Assembly: GCF_000181795.1 (NCBI RefSeq)
Contig: NW_003526945.1
Span: 1,696,794 to 1,736,010 of the forward strand
Source: Trichinella spiralis
Taxonomy: Eukaryota
Reading direction: 5' to 3'
DNA length: 39,217 nucleotides
Part shown: positions 1-12,377 of the stretch, in pieces
Numbering within the stretch: position 1 is the stretch's first letter
How the letters are laid out: every line of letters begins with the position of its first letter
Translations under genes and position numbers: made by a program
Notes under the pieces: model-generated
The model's database searches: none
What the model was told of the DNA's origin: nothing
Seen by the model: only the letters and a program-made list of their open reading frames with translations

Positions 1-17
1 GTGATATTTCTTTGTAG

Positions 18-1478
18 ATCAATCACAACTATTCCGGATTTTATCGTGTCAAGTACAGTGATGAGATGTTGCGAATGTTGCTTCCTGCCGTAGAGGCGAA
101 AGTGCTCGACGAGGCTGATCGATTCAGTTTGTGTGCTGACAGTTTTGCTTTTGTAACTTTCAAACTATTGTTGTTGTTGTTGTTGTTGTTTACTGTTTGT
201 TTGTTTGGAAATTGTTCTAGGTGACCGCTGGCTATACGACGGTTTATCAGTATTTGAACATGTTGGACAGTTTCAAAAATGAAACTGATTATAATGTTTG
301 GATGGAAATTGACCGTGCGGTGATTTTCATGGACAATTGTTTACAAAGAACACCACTGTACGGTAGGTTCAAAGCGGCAATGATACCGTTGTACGAGCAA
401 GTGTTCAACCGTTTGGGCGTGGTTGGATCGTCGGGTGAAGGTAATTGGAAATTTTCCTTTTTTTTCTTTTTTCCCATTTTGCAAATAGTGCAAAAGTGGA
501 TTAGTAAGCAAAAATACTGACCGAGTCAAGAAATAATCGTTCAACCATCTATCCATCCATCCATCCATTTATCTATGCTATACAGCTCACACGACGAAAC
601 TTTTGCGGCCGATCATTATTCGTCGCATGGGCGAATACGGTCACCAGGGTGTGGTGAAGATGGCCATTCAAGAAGTGGACAATTTTCTGCTTGACGGCGT
701 ATGGCGAAATGCAGATCTGCGTCAGATGGTATACGGTTTGTATGATTGTCGAAATCCAATTGCAGTTGTGCTTTGTAGTTTTTCATGCTCATTGCACAGT
801 TCGGCGGTGAGCCGGGTTTTCAGAAGCTGCGTCTCATTTACGAAAGCAGCAGTTCGTCTGAAATTCGCGAACAATGCCTGATGGCCATGGGCCAATCGCC
901 GGAGTTGAATTTGGTGAAACAAGTGCTTGAACTGACGTTGACGGTAGGCGTTTGTTGTTGTTCATTTTGCTTGCATATCCCAAATATTGGCATTCTTGGC
1001 TTATTTTTCATGATGCTCAGGACAAAGTTCTCCTCCAAGATATGTATCGTGTGTATTTCGGCGTGAGGCGGTTTGCGGAAAACAACGCCGTCGCTTGGGA
1101 ATTTTTCAAAGACAACATCCAGAACATCGTGCACAAGTGTGGCTACACGAGTAGCTGTTTGTTCATCTACATCATTGATGTTTGTGTTTTACTTTTTTCT
1201 TTTCCTCTTCACTTATGCAAATTTAGTTGGTTTGACTGTGTTCGGTTGATTTGCTTATATTGTTCTTTCACATCAATTAATTGTAGTCGTTGTTTTCTCG
1301 TCAATGTTGCATGGTGAAAGCGAAAGAGATGGAAGACTTTTGCCGGGGTGTCAATTTGATCACTGTCGGCAGTGAGTTGCGTTTCAAGCAGGCGTTGGAG
1401 TGCGTCGAAGTGAATGCGAAGTTTCTGGAACGGAATTTGCCTTCCGTTGAACGATGGCTAATGGAAAAGGGCTTCTGA
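18..1478 (+). CDS. M1 family aminopeptidase, puromycin-sensitive aminopeptidase-like; C-terminal ERAP1_C region only, 5' part lies outside the window
   Basis: Exons about 18-152, 221-440, 586-728, 779-943, 1021-1179, 1287-1478 with GT-AG ends. Translation INHNYSGFYRVKYSDEMLRMLLPAVEAKVLDEADRFSLCADSFAF...FKNETDYNVWMEI...DKVLLQD...AWEFFKDN...FKQALECVEVNAKFLERNLPSVERWL matches the GFYRVxY, LxxxDR, ExxYxVW, QD and AWxFFK motifs of PSA/ERAP1 C-terminal domains. Confidence 0.9.
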
Positions 1479-2390
1479 ACGGCGAAACTAGGCTTAATAA
1501 TAATTTCAATGAAGCTGCAACTACAACACCGGTAGCAATTGTTTTCCCACGTTTGCTTTGCTTTGCTGTCGAATGCTTAGGAGAAGAGTTGAATCTTTCT
1601 TTGGCCGACGTGTTGCATTCATTATCGTAAAGTTGCTTTTTAGGTAAAGATGGTGTTGGTTTTTTCCGTATCCCTCCCTCTCTCTGTCTCCTCCCCCTCT
1701 ATTTCAGACAGTGTTCATTTGTGTGAAATGATCTTTTGTTGTTGCCATGCTTTTTTCATCACCGATCTTGCACTTCACTACACACTATATATGATTATTG
1801 TTCGTTATTTTATTTTGGTCGTGCGAAAAAGAAATTGTATTTCATCTCAGGGTGATGGACATGGTTGTGTGCGATGATGTTTGGTCATCATTATCTCTGT
1901 TGTTCTCCATATCACTTTTGTTGTAGTTCTTTTCTTCCCAATAATGTCTGTGGTATATGATAATAATAATAAGAAGAAGAAGAATAAGAATATATTCAGC
2001 ATGGCATTTTGATGAAATGAAATAAACAACAACGGAAATTTTCATCATTTGCATAATATAAACAAGAACGAATCGCGCACACAATGGACAAAAAGACAAC
2101 AGCACAGTTGTGGTGGTGATTGATGAGAAAAAATCGATAGAAACAAGAAGAAGCATCGTTGAACTCGGCGTCAGTAGTCAGTCAGAAAGTCTGCTGAAAA
2201 ATCAATTCAGAAAGAAGTGACGAACTACTACTTACTACTACACAACGTGTGTATGGTGTAAAGAGCAGTGGATTATGTACGGTTGAAGGAGGTCGCAAAA
2301 CAATAAAGGAACCTCTTAAAGCAAAATGTTATATACATAATGAATGATGTTTAATAGCTTTCAAACGGTTGCTTCAAGCTCGGCATCATT

Positions 2391-5300
2391 TTATTTCAAT
2401 GGCACTTCCACATCCAATGAATCCGCACCATCACAAGTGAACGTCGGTGAATTCTTCGGCTGGGTTCCACTGATCGCATCTCCCGGCTCCAAACTATAAT
2501 TTATTTTCAATGTTATACAATTTGGAGAAAAAGAAAAAAAATACGAAGCACGAACGTGGATTTTTTAGTCATGTCAACCACATTTTGCAACCTAGCTGTG
2601 CTTCCTTCATCTCTGTTTTTGTAAAATCCTTGAGGACTTGTTCTCGAAGTCTGACTCTTTTTCAACGGTCCATGATTGCCACCGAACAAGAAGCTTCTGC
2701 AGAAAATGAAAAACTGATTAAACGAAATAATAATAAAAGCTTTTTGCAAGTCATCCCACCTCCATCCGAGCTTTTTGGAACCTTGCTGCTGGGCAGCGGC
2801 CAGCATGCTACGATATATTTCTGATCGTGCAAATCTCGGATATGAATCTTTGCTCATCAGAATGAAAATGTGCTCTTCAGCTTGGGAAAAACAATAACGC
2901 AACGGCACAGTTTGATCTTTCAAAGCTTTGGTCACCGTTTCCAACGTCTGCGAGTCGACGTTAACTTGACACGGGGCACCGGCGACCAAAAATTCACTTC
3001 AAACGTACAACGAAAATAAGATATCCGGCCAATTGAAAAGAACAAATTTAAAACAGTAACAATACTTACTTGTATATGGCAGCAACTTTGGCGTTGACTT
3101 CAGACGACGGACTGTATTTCAGGTCTTGAACAGCCAGCCAAAATCGTATATTCTCTTGGGAAAATTCCGACTCTAGAAATGTTTCCAACACTTGGCGACC
3201 AATTGGATCTTTGATCAATTCGTGTATGGAAAATCCCCATCTGCGTACTCGTCTTTCCGTGGGTACTTCAACACTAGAAGAGAACGTGCAAAAGCAGTTA
3301 TTGATAATAAAACGGAACATATATTAAAGGAAAATTCCAATTTATACTTGTTGGCATTCAACTGCCAAAGTGTCGGATCGTCAACTATCCAAGGATTTCC
3401 AGGATCCCGTGGCGGTGTCAACATTGGATCATAATTGCTGAATTGATCGCACCAAGAAACAAGACTGAAAAAAAGTTATTTTTCACACAAAGCAATAAGC
3501 TGCAAAGCAAAGCATACAAGATGATGGTCCAGTGCAATGATGAAGATGAAAAGTGAAATAGACAACAACATCTGTAAATACTTACGTTTCCAATGACTTT
3601 GGCGATTTCAACCAAGGTTTCGTTTTCAATATTTGTTTCAAGCGTTCAATCTGAACACACTGAACAGTTTTAAGAAATTGAAAACAATCAACTGAATAAT
3701 TTCTCACATCTCGTTGGTAATCTTTTATGCATTTCTTTTTAATCCTCTTCTCCAACTTTCCATAACTCTCTTCAATGCAACATACAGTACCCGGCTAAAT
3801 AAATTGTTGAAAACACGAGTAGTAAGCAACAAGCGAGCAGAGAAAAGCGAACTTCTACCGGCGGACGATGTATACGCCAGTACGCTTTTTCTTGACTATC
3901 GAACACTACCTTTTCGGATTTTTTCTTCTCTTTGAAAAGTCTAATAACAATTTTCAAAAATAATGTTCTTACAACTGACTGCAGTTTAAAAAAGGCAATA
4001 TTCAGAATATTCAGAATACTTCAACTGCATCTCAGCTTGCGACTGTACAAAATCCCACATGTGACCAAGCAGTTCTCTCAATTTTTGATAAGATTCCTAT
4101 AAAAAATTTCAAACACTACTACTGATCACTGTTTGAACATATACGATATGTTGAAATTAAACAACGAACGGCTTCGTATTCAACCAGACCATGCTTTTCT
4201 TCGTTTCTCAAAAGACGCTTGCTGAGAAAAATTGCTAAAATAAATAATAAATTCATAATTGTATACACAAACATATGAACATTTACCATATTCAATACTG
4301 TCCGGTTGCATGTTACTCGAAGGCCAAAAATATGGTATCTGAAAAGGTAAAGTCATCAGCAGAATTCCAAATTCATTTTCTATAAGACAAATACTTGAAG
4401 TCTGTATAGACAATTGTCTTCTTTAACTGGCGCGCTAGCATCAAAAACAGAGAACAGATAACCAAATGCGGAAAGTTGATTAGCCAAATGCAAAGCTTCA
4501 GCTAAGAAAACAAAACACCATGCCAACAACATCAAACCATTTCAAAGAGTGAAGCTCACCTTGGTCAACTTCTTCCAGATTTGTCATCAACCACTCGATC
4601 AATTCACTACCTGAAACATAATTAAACTGTAAAATGCGTCGGTTTTTTATTCATAATCAAGCACATCTGCAATATAATAAAAAATTTTTTTAAAAGGCAA
4701 TTTCACTCTAATTAACACGTTGAGAGAGAATTATAATGCTTATGACATGAGTTATTTTGGAAAATTGAAGATCTGATTAACATTCTAGATTGCAAATATT
4801 CCAGAATTTTATCATTGCACAAACAGTCAATAATTTAATTTCAATCAAAAAATAAAATCATAGCCAGCTGGTGCAGCGAACGAAAAATCAATCGCGCAAC
4901 ATCCAATTTAACGATTTACATGCTTCAAATATCATCAAAGTAAGACCATTCCTCGGCGCTGCACACAACTAGCCATATTGATCAATAGTGAACTTTCAAC
5001 TAGCTTCTCTGATGCCGCAAAGATGCTGATTCTTGATATCATCATGTTTGATTAATTCTCACAAACAGACAAATCCACATGGAAAATCTGCTTGATAATG
5101 ACAAAAAATTGCACTTGCTTATTATAAAAAATCGAAAACTGAATGCTCAATACTCAACTGCAAAACTTTTACATTTCAGCATTGGTCGGAAATTTTGCCA
5201 TCAAAACAAACCAATATTTCATCACACATTTTCCCTTATTCATAGTTTACAATAAATAAATCACAACCATTTGTTTTGTGAAATGGAAAACCGTTCAACA

Positions 5301-5757
5301 GAAATTATTCATTTACTACATGAACCTATGAAATTCCTATTGAAAAAAAACAGTAAAAAGAGTACATGCAAATGTTAAATAAACAGGTTGCAAGAAGATG
5401 CATATGTTGCTCAAAGAAATTTCTGATTATGCTTTCGCATTCAAACATATACTAAACAACATGCACTACAGTGAAAAGTATTAAAAGGACCAAAAATATG
5501 CCGATAAAATTTATAAATTAGAAATCAAATTAAATATTACAAATAAAAACATAAATGAAATTATACTAACCAGTAAAAGAAGATGGAACTGACGTACGAA
5601 AATACTTTTGACCTTTAATTGGAAGCCCTGAATCTGGTTTCATCATCTGGATGCACAGCTCGTCCATCTAAAAAAGAAACTCAACTTTGAAAAGTTTTCA
5701 AAAAACTGTACAAATAAATGGATTATTTACCTTCCGAAACATTGGAAATGAACTCAT
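2391..5757 (-). CDS. eat-16: R7-family regulator of G-protein signalling (DEP-DHEX-GGL-RGS), EAT-16 orthologue
   Basis: Multi-exon reconstruction is open from MSSFPMFRK (ATG 5757) through DEP (FTGSELIEWL...EALHLANQLSAFGYLF...LYRLQIPYFWPS), AIFLSKRLLRNEEKHGL, KVVFDSQEKAYW, KTKPWLK, GGL (YDPMLTPPRDPGNPWIVDD) and RGS (RVRRWGFSIHELIKDPIGRQVLETFLESEFSQENIRFW...KDSYPRF) to TAA at 2391. The AAQQQGSKKLGWR tail and KTKPWLK resemble C. elegans EAT-16 rather than EGL-10. Largest intron about 4611-5570. Confidence 0.9.
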
Positions 5758-6958
5758 TATTGCCAATAATTGGATTTCAGTAATCAATTGATGCAACTGC
5801 TCCAAATGCAAAACTAAAGAAAAGCATCGTTTATACGTCCACGACTGCCATGCATTCAGACTCTGATGTTTATTTTTAATACAGTATGACAACTATGAAA
5901 GCATCAATTTTATAAGCTAAGATGTTTGGGAATATTATAATACTTAGGTAAAAATATAACAAACATTGGTCTTATTAAGTAAGAAACTGCCATCCAATAT
6001 CATAAAATACAACTGTAATCAAACATCGTCATTCGTATCGTTGCTTTTGTAACGGAATATTTAAAATTCATAATTGTTTTAAAAATTAATCTAAATAAAA
6101 ATTTATATTTTATCTTAAAAATTATGAATGTTCTTCTTCAAGCAGCTCATTTCGTTAATGTAAAATTGCGTCATGCGATGTCTGTTTTCAAAAATATCAA
6201 ATAAAACTAAAAATAAATTAACAATTTTAATTTATTTTGTGTTTTTTAAAATGATAAAAATAATTCAATGTTTTTATAATCCACACATGCTCTGTCATAA
6301 AATAGTAATTTTAGTCTTACTGTAAAAAAATAACACGCACCAAATTCTTCTAATATAAAACGTTTGACTTATTACGAATTTTTAAATTTTACTTTTATGT
6401 AAATTTATGCAAGAAACATGCAGTATTGTGAAAATTTTTATCATAACAAAGAAGTAGGCTACAGTTGGTAAATATGATTTTCATGTTTACCGCCTTGTCG
6501 GATAAAATAGTTCATTTTGTGCTTCTGCCAGCTGTACTTTATCAACTCCAGATTGTCATATATTTTACTTGATTAAATTACGTTTTCAATTCTGTTATTT
6601 TTATCAAAACTTCATCATAACCTGTGAAGTCATTTCTCTCATACTGTACATTGTCGCGTGGAAAAAGCCTTGTGACAGTGGTTTGTGTTGAAAAATGAAA
6701 TTTACATGTCGGGGAGGCTCAGTTGAAATTGAAATTAGACTGCTTAATTAGGTCAGGTTTACTTGATTTCACCTTATTATTCCCCCTCTATTCGTCTTCT
6801 AGAAACGAAACCAAAGAATTGTCGAATTCTTTGACTCGTTTCCCCTGCCCAGAAAATATGGTGTCACAAAATTTTAATTTTTTCTTTAAATATTTTATTC
6901 ATGTCTATTTCAGATATTGAATTTTATTTTCAATTTTTAGTTTCTCTGGAAAATCATT

Positions 6959-7740
6959 ATGCTAGCTGCCAAAAGAATACGACGTCGAACTCGTCGAGTA
7001 GCTTTTGCCGTTCCACGTTTGTTTTTTTTCGTTTTCATTTTCATTTTACGTTCACGCTCATATTTTAATTTTTTCAGGGTGGGAAGTTCGCAACTTCCTG
7101 TGTGGAGAGTATGCGTTAAATGAAGAACATCCCATCTTCAATTGTTTTGGCGAAATGGTGAAGAAGTAAATTTCGACTTCCGGCTCGTGTTTATTTAAAT
7201 TTACAGATGTTTTTTAAAAATATTTTTAATATTTTAAGGTTGTTGTGTGACGGTAATGGTGATGTTGAAGAGATGGACAATATGATGCGCACTGTGCCAA
7301 TGTTTGACATGACATTTACCGGCGTGGATGATTTGTTGCGTAAAGAGACGTTAGAAAATCTTGTGAAAAAATTTCTAGCGGAAATGAACAAGTTGTTTCA
7401 CGTGGAACCGGAAGGAGGAGATCAGTTAACAAAAGCCAGCATTGAGCAATTTCGAAAACAGACTCGAGATATGTTGACGCGTTTGATCGACATTATGTTA
7501 TTGTGAGTTGAAGTTTAGCAATGACAGAATGATCTGTTTGTTTTTTATCATTTTTTAAAATCTGTTTTAGTTACCCGTCGCAGAATTTTATTACAAATGA
7601 TTTACATCCTGCCAAGTTAATTATGCAGAAAATTACAACTATACTGCACAAGATTGGTTGCATGCATCAACCGCCCATCAGTTCCATGCTGGGCAATCAA
7701 TTGGATGAGGTAGAGTTGAAGAAAAAACATTACATTTCTG

Positions 7741-7771
<31 letters not shown>

Positions 7772-10700
7772 TGTTGCCGATTGAACAATGTCTTATAGGA
7801 TATGAAAAGTTATGTCGTGCACACATTTTTGGAAATCTGGTGGTTGTTGTTGTGCTTGACTTACGCAATATCGACCAAATATCCGGAAGAAGATCGCGTT
7901 CATTCGCTCCGACTGAATTCAATTGTCAGTGGGATGAAATCGTTTCACGGCGAAGTCAAGTTCCTCTACTTGTTCGGCTTGACCATGTTTGCGGAAAATG
8001 TGAGAAATTGCATCCGTGTTGTGAAATTGTTCGACTTTGATTTGATTTCAGTATGACCGATTTGAGACGATCGTGCTGGCACCGTGCGCCTGCGTCGAAC
8101 AAATGTGGCTATTGTTGGACATTATTTCTAACTGGAGTTCTTTGACATTTTTCGAATGGTTGGAGTCGAACAGATCGCCGGTGAAATTCTTTTCACGAAT
8201 TTTAGACCGAGACAGTAGAAACATGATAATTTACATGCAACGCCAAAGTATTCTTTTGTACATTTGGTTGATGTCGAAGTTTCAATACGGTTTGCTTATA
8301 GCGACGGGTTTGCGTTTGACATTTCCTCAACTTCAGCTCTCTTTACAATACACGAACGCGTATCCGACATTGTGCTGGTCATTTGTATATGGCATTCTTA
8401 CTTTGCTTGCGAAACATTCCCGACCCCTGGATGGAAGTCGAAGCACCATTTGGGCACTTTTGAATTCGACAGCGTTGAAAAATGTCTACACCGAATTGGG
8501 CGAACGCGACATGGACGAAGTCGACACGTATTTGCGTCGATACTTGATCCTTTTGTGCAATCAGTTTTCTTGCTACGACAGTGTGGGCATTTTCTTTTGG
8601 GATATTTTCAAAAAATTGTTGCCCATTATCAAAGTGAATTTGGAAAGCTACACTGGAGTAGCTTCTTGTTTCGAGGCTGGCTTGAAATGGTCGCACAAGA
8701 TTCAAGAACTTATCGACCAGCCGATGATTGCTTTGGAACGTAAATTTGTGGGAATGGTCGACCGATTTATCGCCGTTTTTATTCTGCACCTCAAAGCGCC
8801 AAACGGTAAATTTCCAAATATGCAAAAGAATGCAAAATGGGTGGGGGGATTTCTTTTCTTCTTCTTTTTCTGACCTTTTTCGTGATGTTTTCCAGTTATT
8901 TTAGGTGATCCGTATCGCGCCAAATTCAAATCACGCATGCTGAGTCTTATGCAAAGTCGATCGCCAGTTATCAAAGAAGAAGTTAGTGTGATATTTCTCT
9001 TGTCGAATCTGTTTTCCCATTATTGCGCCATGAGCTGCGACTGCGACTTGGTCGACAAGTGGTTGTTGGAAGGGCTGAATCCGTCGGATGCGTGGCTGAT
9101 CGACCCCGAACGGTTGAAACATTTCTGGATCGCTGCAATGTTGCACATGAAGCTGAGACGCGGAAATACTGACCATTGTGGCTGTGAAGCACTTTGTGAA
9201 ATGTTATACGCTTCTATTCACTGCGTCATCAATCGATATCTGTGCACCACGTCGGCGGAGCAGCGGGCAGACTTGTGGAGACGGATAGTTGTGTACTTTG
9301 AAGCGTTGAGCTTGTTTTTCGACAATCCGATTTATGATTGTGAAAAAGAGGACTTATTGTTTGTTAAGATCAACTTCGAACAGCTTGTTCAAGAGGCCAA
9401 AAAACACAAAAATTTGGTCGAATCCGACGTACGATCTATTTTAGTGCTGCTTCAGCGGGCCTACAGTTCCATCAAGGTGTGGCCGACGTTGAATCGAAAT
9501 CGAATGCTGCCCTACGAGATCACGTCGAGCAAGGCGTTGTTGGTGACCTGTCGCGATTACAACAACTGCCCAGGTCTGGGCGCGGCCTGGTACGCTTACA
9601 TGGTCTTTTCCAGTAGTTATACCAGCGTCCAAGATACGGAAATTGTCCTGACATCGCTGGTCTCCAGATTTGTCACCATGATGCCTTGCGTGACGGAGAT
9701 TATTGACCTGATGAATCCCCTGTTGAACAACGACCGACTGGTTTGTACCGCTCTGCCGGTGCGGCTTATGATGAGCCAGCGAATAATGCTCATATTATTC
9801 TTCCAATGCTGGCTGTTCGGTCAGAAGTTCCAAGTGCCTACACGGGTCGAAGCACACGTGCTGGCCTTGTTCAACAGCCGTATGGATTTGGGCATAGTGG
9901 CCGAGGACCTCGTCGATCCGGGGCGCGTGTCCAAACGCGCCATAGACCGAGTTCAGCGCTTCATTGAGGAACTGCCTTACGACAAGCGGATGGAAGTAAG
10001 ATCATGGCTATTGCAATGGGCGGTGCCATCATCGCACGCGGCCATGAGGCGACTAGCCATTATGCTATGCCAATCGGATTGGTTTAACGAGTCGTTGTTG
10101 AAAACGTTGATTACCGGCCTTTGCTATCTGTTGGAACGTGCTGCTTCGTTGCTGTTGACCCGGGATTTGCGCGGCAATGGGACAGTTAATTATTTGTACG
10201 TCTATTTTCTCGACTTCGACGCCAGCTACGGAGGCCCACTGCGCAGGCAATATCCAGATCTGTTGGAAAAATTGGAAAGTGCCCTCCTGCTCGGCTTGGT
10301 TCGCGGCAGTTTGGAAGTTGACATTGGCATGATCAATGCAGTGACCGAACTAGTGATGAAAATTTTCTTCCGACCGGACATTATTAATAATAAACGTATG
10401 CGACCGGAGAACGTTTACATCATAATGAACATGGTTATGGTAATTTGTTTGTTTGTTTGTTTGTTTGTTTGCGATTATATTGCTTACGCTTGTTTATTTT
10501 GTTTTAGTATGTCAAGAAACATATGAGTGAACGAAAATATCAAATTGTTCGCAATTTGTTGTTCACGGAGCTCATGAAGCGAACTGTTCAAGGTCGACAA
10601 ATCACATCCTCTGATGTTGTCGAGGAAAGTGGTCCAGAAAATACAGAATCCCAGTTGATCATGGTCAAGCAAACGGCAAAGCTTTTCTTCGATATTATGA

Positions 10701-11278
10701 ACTTTGACAGTGAAATATCTTTTCTGTTCAAAACCGACTACTTCAAATGGTGTTGTTCATGTTACATCGCATTTTATCCGAAAGTTGTCGACGAACTGAA
10801 TTATACAATTCAACTTAGTTTGAGCCTGCTCATCAATGCTGAAAATGATGAAATGGAATCCCTGATTAACGTTTTGACAGGGGTTTTTTTTCTTTTGCAC
10901 TTGTTTTTCTTTTCTGCTGCTCTGCATTGCTTTTTCATTCTTACTGTTTCAGGTGTTGTTCAGTTTTTCCAACACGAACCAAAGCCGCGTGAAGCCGTTT
11001 TTCAAATTCATTTTGGAAAAATTGCCCCACGACTTTGCCGTAGAAGCAGCGAACGTAATTACCAGAATGGTTTTCAAGAATGGGCAATCTACTGAACAAC
11101 TGCACGTCTTTAAGTAATGTTGAATAAAATTAATTATTGTTATTAAATTTTGAAAAGAAAAATTATGTTTTTTTTTCTGACTGTTTCGTGTTCAATTTTT
11201 AGACAGTTGATGTGCGAATTGGTCGAACCAGATAAAGAAACAGATGAAGAAAGACGTGATGATCAAGTGGAAAATTAG
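6959..11278 (+). CDS. MMS22L: MMS22-like (MMS22L) replication-fork/HR repair protein, divergent
   Basis: About 10 exons join into one frame from MLAAKRIRRRTRR (ATG 6959; start could lie further upstream) to TAG 11278. Collinear matches to human MMS22L as remembered: VVHTFLEIWWLLLCLTY vs LLHLHLDIHWLVLEILY; YDRFETIVLAPCACVEQMWLLL...FFEWL vs YDKV...CPCLCIKELWVLL...FWNWL; GDPYRAKFKSRMLS vs GPHPWKQVKGRIYS; GEMVKKLL...TVPMFDM vs GALKRLIL...TLEIFGI. Confidence 0.7.
7741..7770. repeat. (TA)n microsatellite in an intron of the MMS22L-like gene
   Basis: Directly visible TA run with one G interruption. Confidence 0.9.
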
Positions 11279-12377
11279 TCATTAGATCATGTAGTGTGAT
11301 TGGGGTAATATGCGTTATTTGGTAATTTTTATAATACAATGCGAAATGTCCATTCTACACAAAACCATGATTAAAATTTTTTGGAGAACAAAACTTGATT
11401 TACACTGGTTGTTACGTTGTTGCAAATGGACAGACGAATGAAACGATGATTTTCTTTTTATTTCGATACTCCTCACAACAGCAACGATCACTGCTTATTC
11501 AAACGAATAAAAAAATTCAATTAATTCAAACAAAAAAAACATTTTTAATTTTTAAAACTGACCAATATATGTTGTACACGTGCGAAATATTTGAACTAAC
11601 GAAACTTTTATTAAACCTTGAACATCATTAATTTCTAATACCGTACTTTACTAATTGCGATATCGATGGAACTGATTTTCTTTTTCATTCAATTTAACAT
11701 ATTCAACAATTGAAATTTATCCATGACGAATGACAGTAATATTAAACTATTTCTAATAATTTCTGTCCATTCGTTGATTGTTTCGTAATGCAATATTAAT
11801 TGATGCAACTGTGAAGGAAACTTTTTTACTTTTTTATTAATATTAATCATCGATTTTGTACGTTTTAATTTCAATTCAAAAATCTGTCTATTAATATATT
11901 ATTTTTAAATTGGCAAGTAGATTTCTTGTTTAAAAGATCAAAACCATTATATATTCCTAATGAAGTACTTTAAAGTAATATGCATACATACATATAAATT
12001 TTTTTTTAATTTGAAGTGATCGTTTTTAACTTTTTACGTTCATAATGTACAATTGTTAGAAGAGCTTTTCATATGATAAAATATTTTCAACATGATATTA
12101 TTTGAAATTCAATCTAGTGCAATATAATTTTCATTGTACACTGTTATGGAAAATGAATATTTCTTTTTATCTTTTGTAATTTCTTTGCATGTGGTATTTT
12201 GCACTTGCAGTTGCGTTTGTAAGAATGAATTTTCAATTCAAAAAAAGGCAGACAGTATTGCAAAATTTTAGTTTGTCCATTTCACAATATCAATTTAAAT
12301 TTCAATTTTTATAATAATTTTCAAATTTAAAATTTTTTAGAATGCCCGTGTGAAAATTTTGATTTCCTCTGATACTG

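Noticed and set aside
1650..2156. Several 60-100 aa ORFs between the aminopeptidase and eat-16
   Set aside because: Low-complexity translations of simple repeats in convergent 3' UTR/intergenic sequence; no motifs.
6941..6965. FSGKSLC resembling FSGESYLC of human MMS22L
   Set aside because: Immediately followed by TAG and out of frame with the downstream exons; probably coincidental.
8264..8974. Overlapping alternate-frame and antisense ORFs (159, 148 and 90 aa) inside the MMS22L-like gene
   Set aside because: Shadow ORFs of a long GC-richer exon, with no independent motif or splice support.
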